Positions 60,241-64,000 of a stretch of DNA of 64,000 nt are shown one piece after another. This DNA comes from an uncultured Alphaproteobacteria bacterium. Its GTDB lineage: Bacteria; Pseudomonadota; Alphaproteobacteria; Rhizobiales; Hyphomicrobiaceae. The position numbers were made by a program, and so were the translations under genes. The stretch spans positions 6,230 to 70,229 of the forward strand of contig CAVQMH010000018.1 of the NCBI GenBank assembly GCA_963713575.1, given 5' to 3'. Position 1 is the stretch's first letter, and every line of letters starts with the position of its first letter. Under the pieces are notes generated by a model. That model did no database searches and was not told where the DNA came from. It saw only the letters and a list, made by a program, of their open reading frames with translations.

Positions 60241-60723
60241 ATGAACGCTCCCGTTAATCTCGTGTCAACGAGCACAACTCACCTGTTGCACCGCGCAGGT
60301 CAGCTGGCTGAAGATTTATTTGCCCGGTCGATCGGCGAGATTGGAATTACCGCGCGCCAGTTTGTCGTGTTGTCGGTGGTTGACGGTCTGGAAGATCCGA
60401 GCCAGACGGCGCTATGTGAATTTTCCGGGATCGATCGTTCTACCCTCGCGGATATCGTCCGCCGGTTGGTTTCGCGCGGACTGCTATCGCGCCGCCGGAC
60501 GCGGCAAGACGCACGCATGTACGCGGTGAGGATTACGCCCGAAGGCAAGGAGGTCCTCCAGCGCGCTCTGCCGATCGCGGCTAAGGTCGACCAGTCTCTC
60601 GTGGAGTCGCTCAGTCCAGAACAGCAGGAAGCGTTCAGCGCTTATCTCCAGAAGGTCGTGTCCCGGCAAGGACCCAGGGAGACAGGGCGGGACAGAAGCG
60701 CTGACAGCGAGTTGAGGACCTAA
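60241..60723 (+). CDS. MarR family transcriptional regulator
   Basis: 160 aa. Winged-helix segment ITARQFVVLSVVDGLEDPSQTALCEFSGIDRSTLADIVRRLVSRGLLSRRR. Confidence 0.85.
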   Translation: MNAPVNLVSTSTTHLLHRAGQLAEDLFARSIGEIGITARQFVVLSVVDGLEDPSQTALCEFSGIDRSTLADIVRRLVSRGLLSRRRTRQDARMYAVRITPEGKEVLQRALPIAAKVDQSLVESLSPEQQEAFSAYLQKVVSRQGPRETGRDRSADSELRT

Positions 60724-60858
60724 AGCTCGGTAGGCCACCTGTTTTTTGCGGGGATCGCTGTCGAGAGAGGGCGGTCCCGTTTGCGCATCGGGGGATGTGT
60801 CACGCGGCTGTAACGTAGGGCTGGCGCTGGAGGGCGTTCTGCCTATAGTCCGCGCTTG

Positions 60859-63800
60859 ATGAGCACGTCACAGCCCGTTCCCCAATCTACCCCACCTGCG
60901 ACCGCCGAAGGTTCAATGGAGCCTGTCCCGATCGTCAAGGGGAGTCACGTCTACCTGATCGATGGGTCGGGTTTTATTTTCCGTGCGTTCCATGCGCTGC
61001 CGCCCCTCACGCGCCCGTCGGACGGATTACCTGTCGGCGCGGTGCACGGCTTCTGTACGATGCTGTGGAAGCTGCTTCAGGAGAGCAAGGTTTCCGAGGC
61101 GCCGACACACCTTGCGGTGATTTTCGACGCGGGGCGCGAGACCTTCCGCAACAAAATCTACGACAAGTATAAGGCGAACCGGCCGCCGCCGCCGGACGAA
61201 CTCGTGCCGCAGTTCGCGCTGATCCGCGATGCGGTTCGGGCCTTCAATGTGCCGTGCATCGAGCAGGATGGGTTCGAGGCCGACGATCTGATCGCGACCT
61301 ACACGCGGGATGTCGTCAGTCGCGGGGGCGACGTGACGATCGTCTCATCGGACAAGGATCTGATGCAGTTGATCCGGCCCGGCGTGGTGATGCTGGACGG
61401 CATGAAGGCCAAAAAAATCGGCCGCGACGAGGTCCTGGAAAAGTTTGGCGTGCCGCCTGAGAAGGTCGTCGATGTGCAATCGCTGGCGGGCGATTCGACG
61501 GACAACGTACCCGGCGTACCGGGGATCGGTGTGAAGACTGCGGCGGAGTTGATCAACGAGTACGGTGATCTGGATACGCTGCTGCAGCGGGCGGGCGAGA
61601 TCAAGCAGCCCAAACGGCGAGAGAAGTTGATCGAATTTGCGGAGCAGGCGCGAATTTCGCGCGAACTGGTCACGCTTATGGACACAGTGCCGGACGCAGT
61701 TCCGATCGAGCGTTTCGGCGTTCGAGATGTCGATGCGGACGCTCTCATCGGCTTTTTGCGATTGATGGAGTTCAATACGCTGACGCGGCGCATCGCGGAA
61801 AAGCTTGGCGTGGAGGCGCCGGCGCCGCTCGAAGCTTCGGTTGGTTCGTCCCTCGCAAAGGCGACGCCAATGGGAACGGGTGAGCATGTGCCGCCCTCGC
61901 CCATGGGGTCGGCTAACCCGCCGGAGGGCTTCGGCACTCCGCAGAGCGGGGTGGAGGCCGGGCGCTCAGCGGCGAGGGGTGCTCCTTTCGACCGGGCGTC
62001 ATACAAAACCGTCACCACGGTGGAGGAATTGGACGCGTGGATCGCAATGGCGCGGTCAGCCGGACGCGTGGCGTTCGATGTCGTGACGACGAGCCTCGTC
62101 GCGATGCAGGCGGACGTGGTCGGTTTCTCGTTGGCTGTAGCCGTCGGCGCGGCCTGTTACGTGCCAATTGCGCATGGACAGACGGGCGCCGATCTTTTTG
62201 GGGAGTTGGCGCAGCTTCCGGGCCAAATCGCACTGCGCGATGCGCTCGATCGGCTGAAGCCGCTGCTCGATGATCCCTTCACGCTGAAGATCGGACACGA
62301 CTTGAAGCATGACGCGCTGGTGATGGCGCAGCATGGCATCACGATCGCGCCCTTCGACGATACGCTGCTGATGTCCTACGCGCTCGATGCGGGCCGCGGC
62401 GGGCATGGCCTGAACGAGTTGGCGGAGCGGCATCTCGGACATCTGTGTATTTCGATCGATGACGTGCTCGTTCATGCTGCAGGATCAAAGAAGTCCGAGA
62501 AGACATTCGCCAGCGTGCCGATCGATAAGGCGACGGACTACGCGGCTGAAAATGCCGACGTAACGATGCGTTTGTGGCGGCTACTGAAGCCGCGGTTGGC
62601 GGCGGAGCGAGTGGCGACGGTGTACGAGACACTGGAGCGGCCGCTCATTCCGGTGATTGCGGCGATGGAACAGGACGGCATCAAAGTCGATCGCGAAATC
62701 TTGTCCCGGCTTTCGGGAGCATTCGCGCAGCGGGCGGCCGAACAGGAGGCGCTGATCTACGATCTGGCGGGCCACAAGTTCAACCTGGGTTCGCCGAAGC
62801 AGCTGGGCGAGTTTTTGTTCGACACGCTGAAGCTGCCGGGCGGAAAGAAGACCAAGACCGGCCAGTGGGAGACGCGGGCAGGCCTGCTGGACGATCTGGC
62901 GCAGAACGAAGAGCTGCCCGACGATGCGCGGCGCCTCATCGACACCATGCTCGAGTGGCGGCAGTTGACGAAGTTGCGGTCAACCTACACCGACGCGTTG
63001 CCGGGTTTCGTCAATCCAACGACGGGCCGCATTCATACGCGTTACGCGCTGGCGGCGACAACGACAGGGCGGCTGGCGTCGTCCGATCCCAACTTGCAGA
63101 ATATTCCAGTCCGCACGAAAGAAGGACGCGAAATCCGCACGGCCTTCATCGCGGACAAGGGGCGCTGCCTCGTCTCAGCCGACTATTCGCCAGATCGAGT
63201 TGCGTGTGCTCGCGCACATCGCCAGACATTCCCGCAGTTGAAGAAGGCCTTCGCCGAGGGCCTCGACATTCATGCGATGACGGCGAGCGAAATGTTCGGC
63301 GTGCCGCTGACGGAGATGACGAGCGAAGTGCGGCGGCGCGCGAAGGCGATCAACTTCGGCATCATCTACGGCATTTCCGCGTTCGGGCTTGCCAACCAGC
63401 TCGGGATCAGCCGCGAAGAGGCGGGCGACTATATCAAGACCTACTTCAAACGGTTTCCCGGCATTCGCGACTACATGGAGGGAACGAAGAAGTTTGCGCA
63501 TGCGAACGGATATGTGGAGACGATCTTCGGCCGGCGCATTCATTATCCCGAGATCAATACGAAGAACCCGTCGATGCGGGGCTTTCTCGAACGCGCAGCG
63601 ATCAACGCGCCGATCCAGGGGTCAGCGGCAGACATCATCCGGCGCGCCATGATACGCGTGCCGGACGCGCTGGCGGACGCAGGGCTTTCGAGGCGCGCAT
63701 GCTGCTGCAGGTACACGATGAGCTGGTCTTCGAGGTGCCCGCCGTGAAAGCGGAAGCGCTGATCGAGACGGCTCGGTCTGTAATGGAGCGTGCGGCCGAG

Positions 63801-63872
63801 CCCGCGGTGAGACTGACAGTTCCTATCCACGTCGATGCCAAGGCGGCCGGAAATTGGGAAGCGGCGCATTGA
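60859..63872 (+). pseudogene. polA: DNA polymerase I, with a compensated triple insertion in motif A and a C-terminal frameshift
   Basis: The 5'-3' exonuclease, 3'-5' exo-like and polymerase domains are recognisable. The ORF reads SADYSPDRVACARAHRQTFPQLKK where the family has SADYSQIELRVLAHIADIPQLKK. The last 60 aa (RMLLQVHDELVFEVP...AAGNWEAAH*) are in another frame, switching near 63690. Confidence 0.85.
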
Positions 63873-64000
63873 GCTGCATCGTGTTCGCGGCCATCAGAAT
63901 AATTCGCACTGCTCCAAAGGAAATCTGATCGGATTCTCACGAACTTGCGATTTGAACGTGTGGCCGGCAATCGGTACACCACAAGCATTGAAGCCGGTCG

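Overview
High-GC alphaproteobacterial chromosome segment (gcrA, cycM-kdsB-pheA, yejABEF, ubiB, argDF and hslO point to a Rhizobiales/Hyphomicrobiaceae-like organism). From left to right:
- Left end to about 22.8 kb: a transglutaminase gene fragment, an IS21 (istB) remnant and intact housekeeping genes.
- 22.9-37 kb: a methylamine / N-methylglutamate (NMG) pathway island. It holds a sarcosine-oxidase-type four-subunit operon plus an XRE-cupin regulator on the minus strand. A divergent operon encodes three tiny membrane proteins plus an APC permease. Downstream lie mgsABC-like and gmaS-like genes.
- Further right: accessory genes (Ntn acylase, M13 peptidase, CPBP protease, GMC oxidoreductase), TRAP dctQM, an Mrp/ApbC-DUF971 fusion, asmA, an SNase-like nuclease, a SoxYZ-like carrier, an autotransporter, tRNA-Arg(CCG), trmO, AraC and MarR regulators, and polA.

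The most striking sequence-level feature is a block at about 32.6-43.3 kb. Essentially every gene there is broken by many single-base indels, mostly insertions, while the peptide segments between the shifts still read as well-conserved protein. Sporadic similar lesions occur elsewhere (second yejA, dctM, autotransporter, polA). I cannot tell from sequence alone whether this is assembly/consensus error or very recent gene decay.

No CRISPR array, rRNA, intact mobile element or recognisable defence system was seen. Long antisense ORFs are treated as high-GC shadow ORFs.
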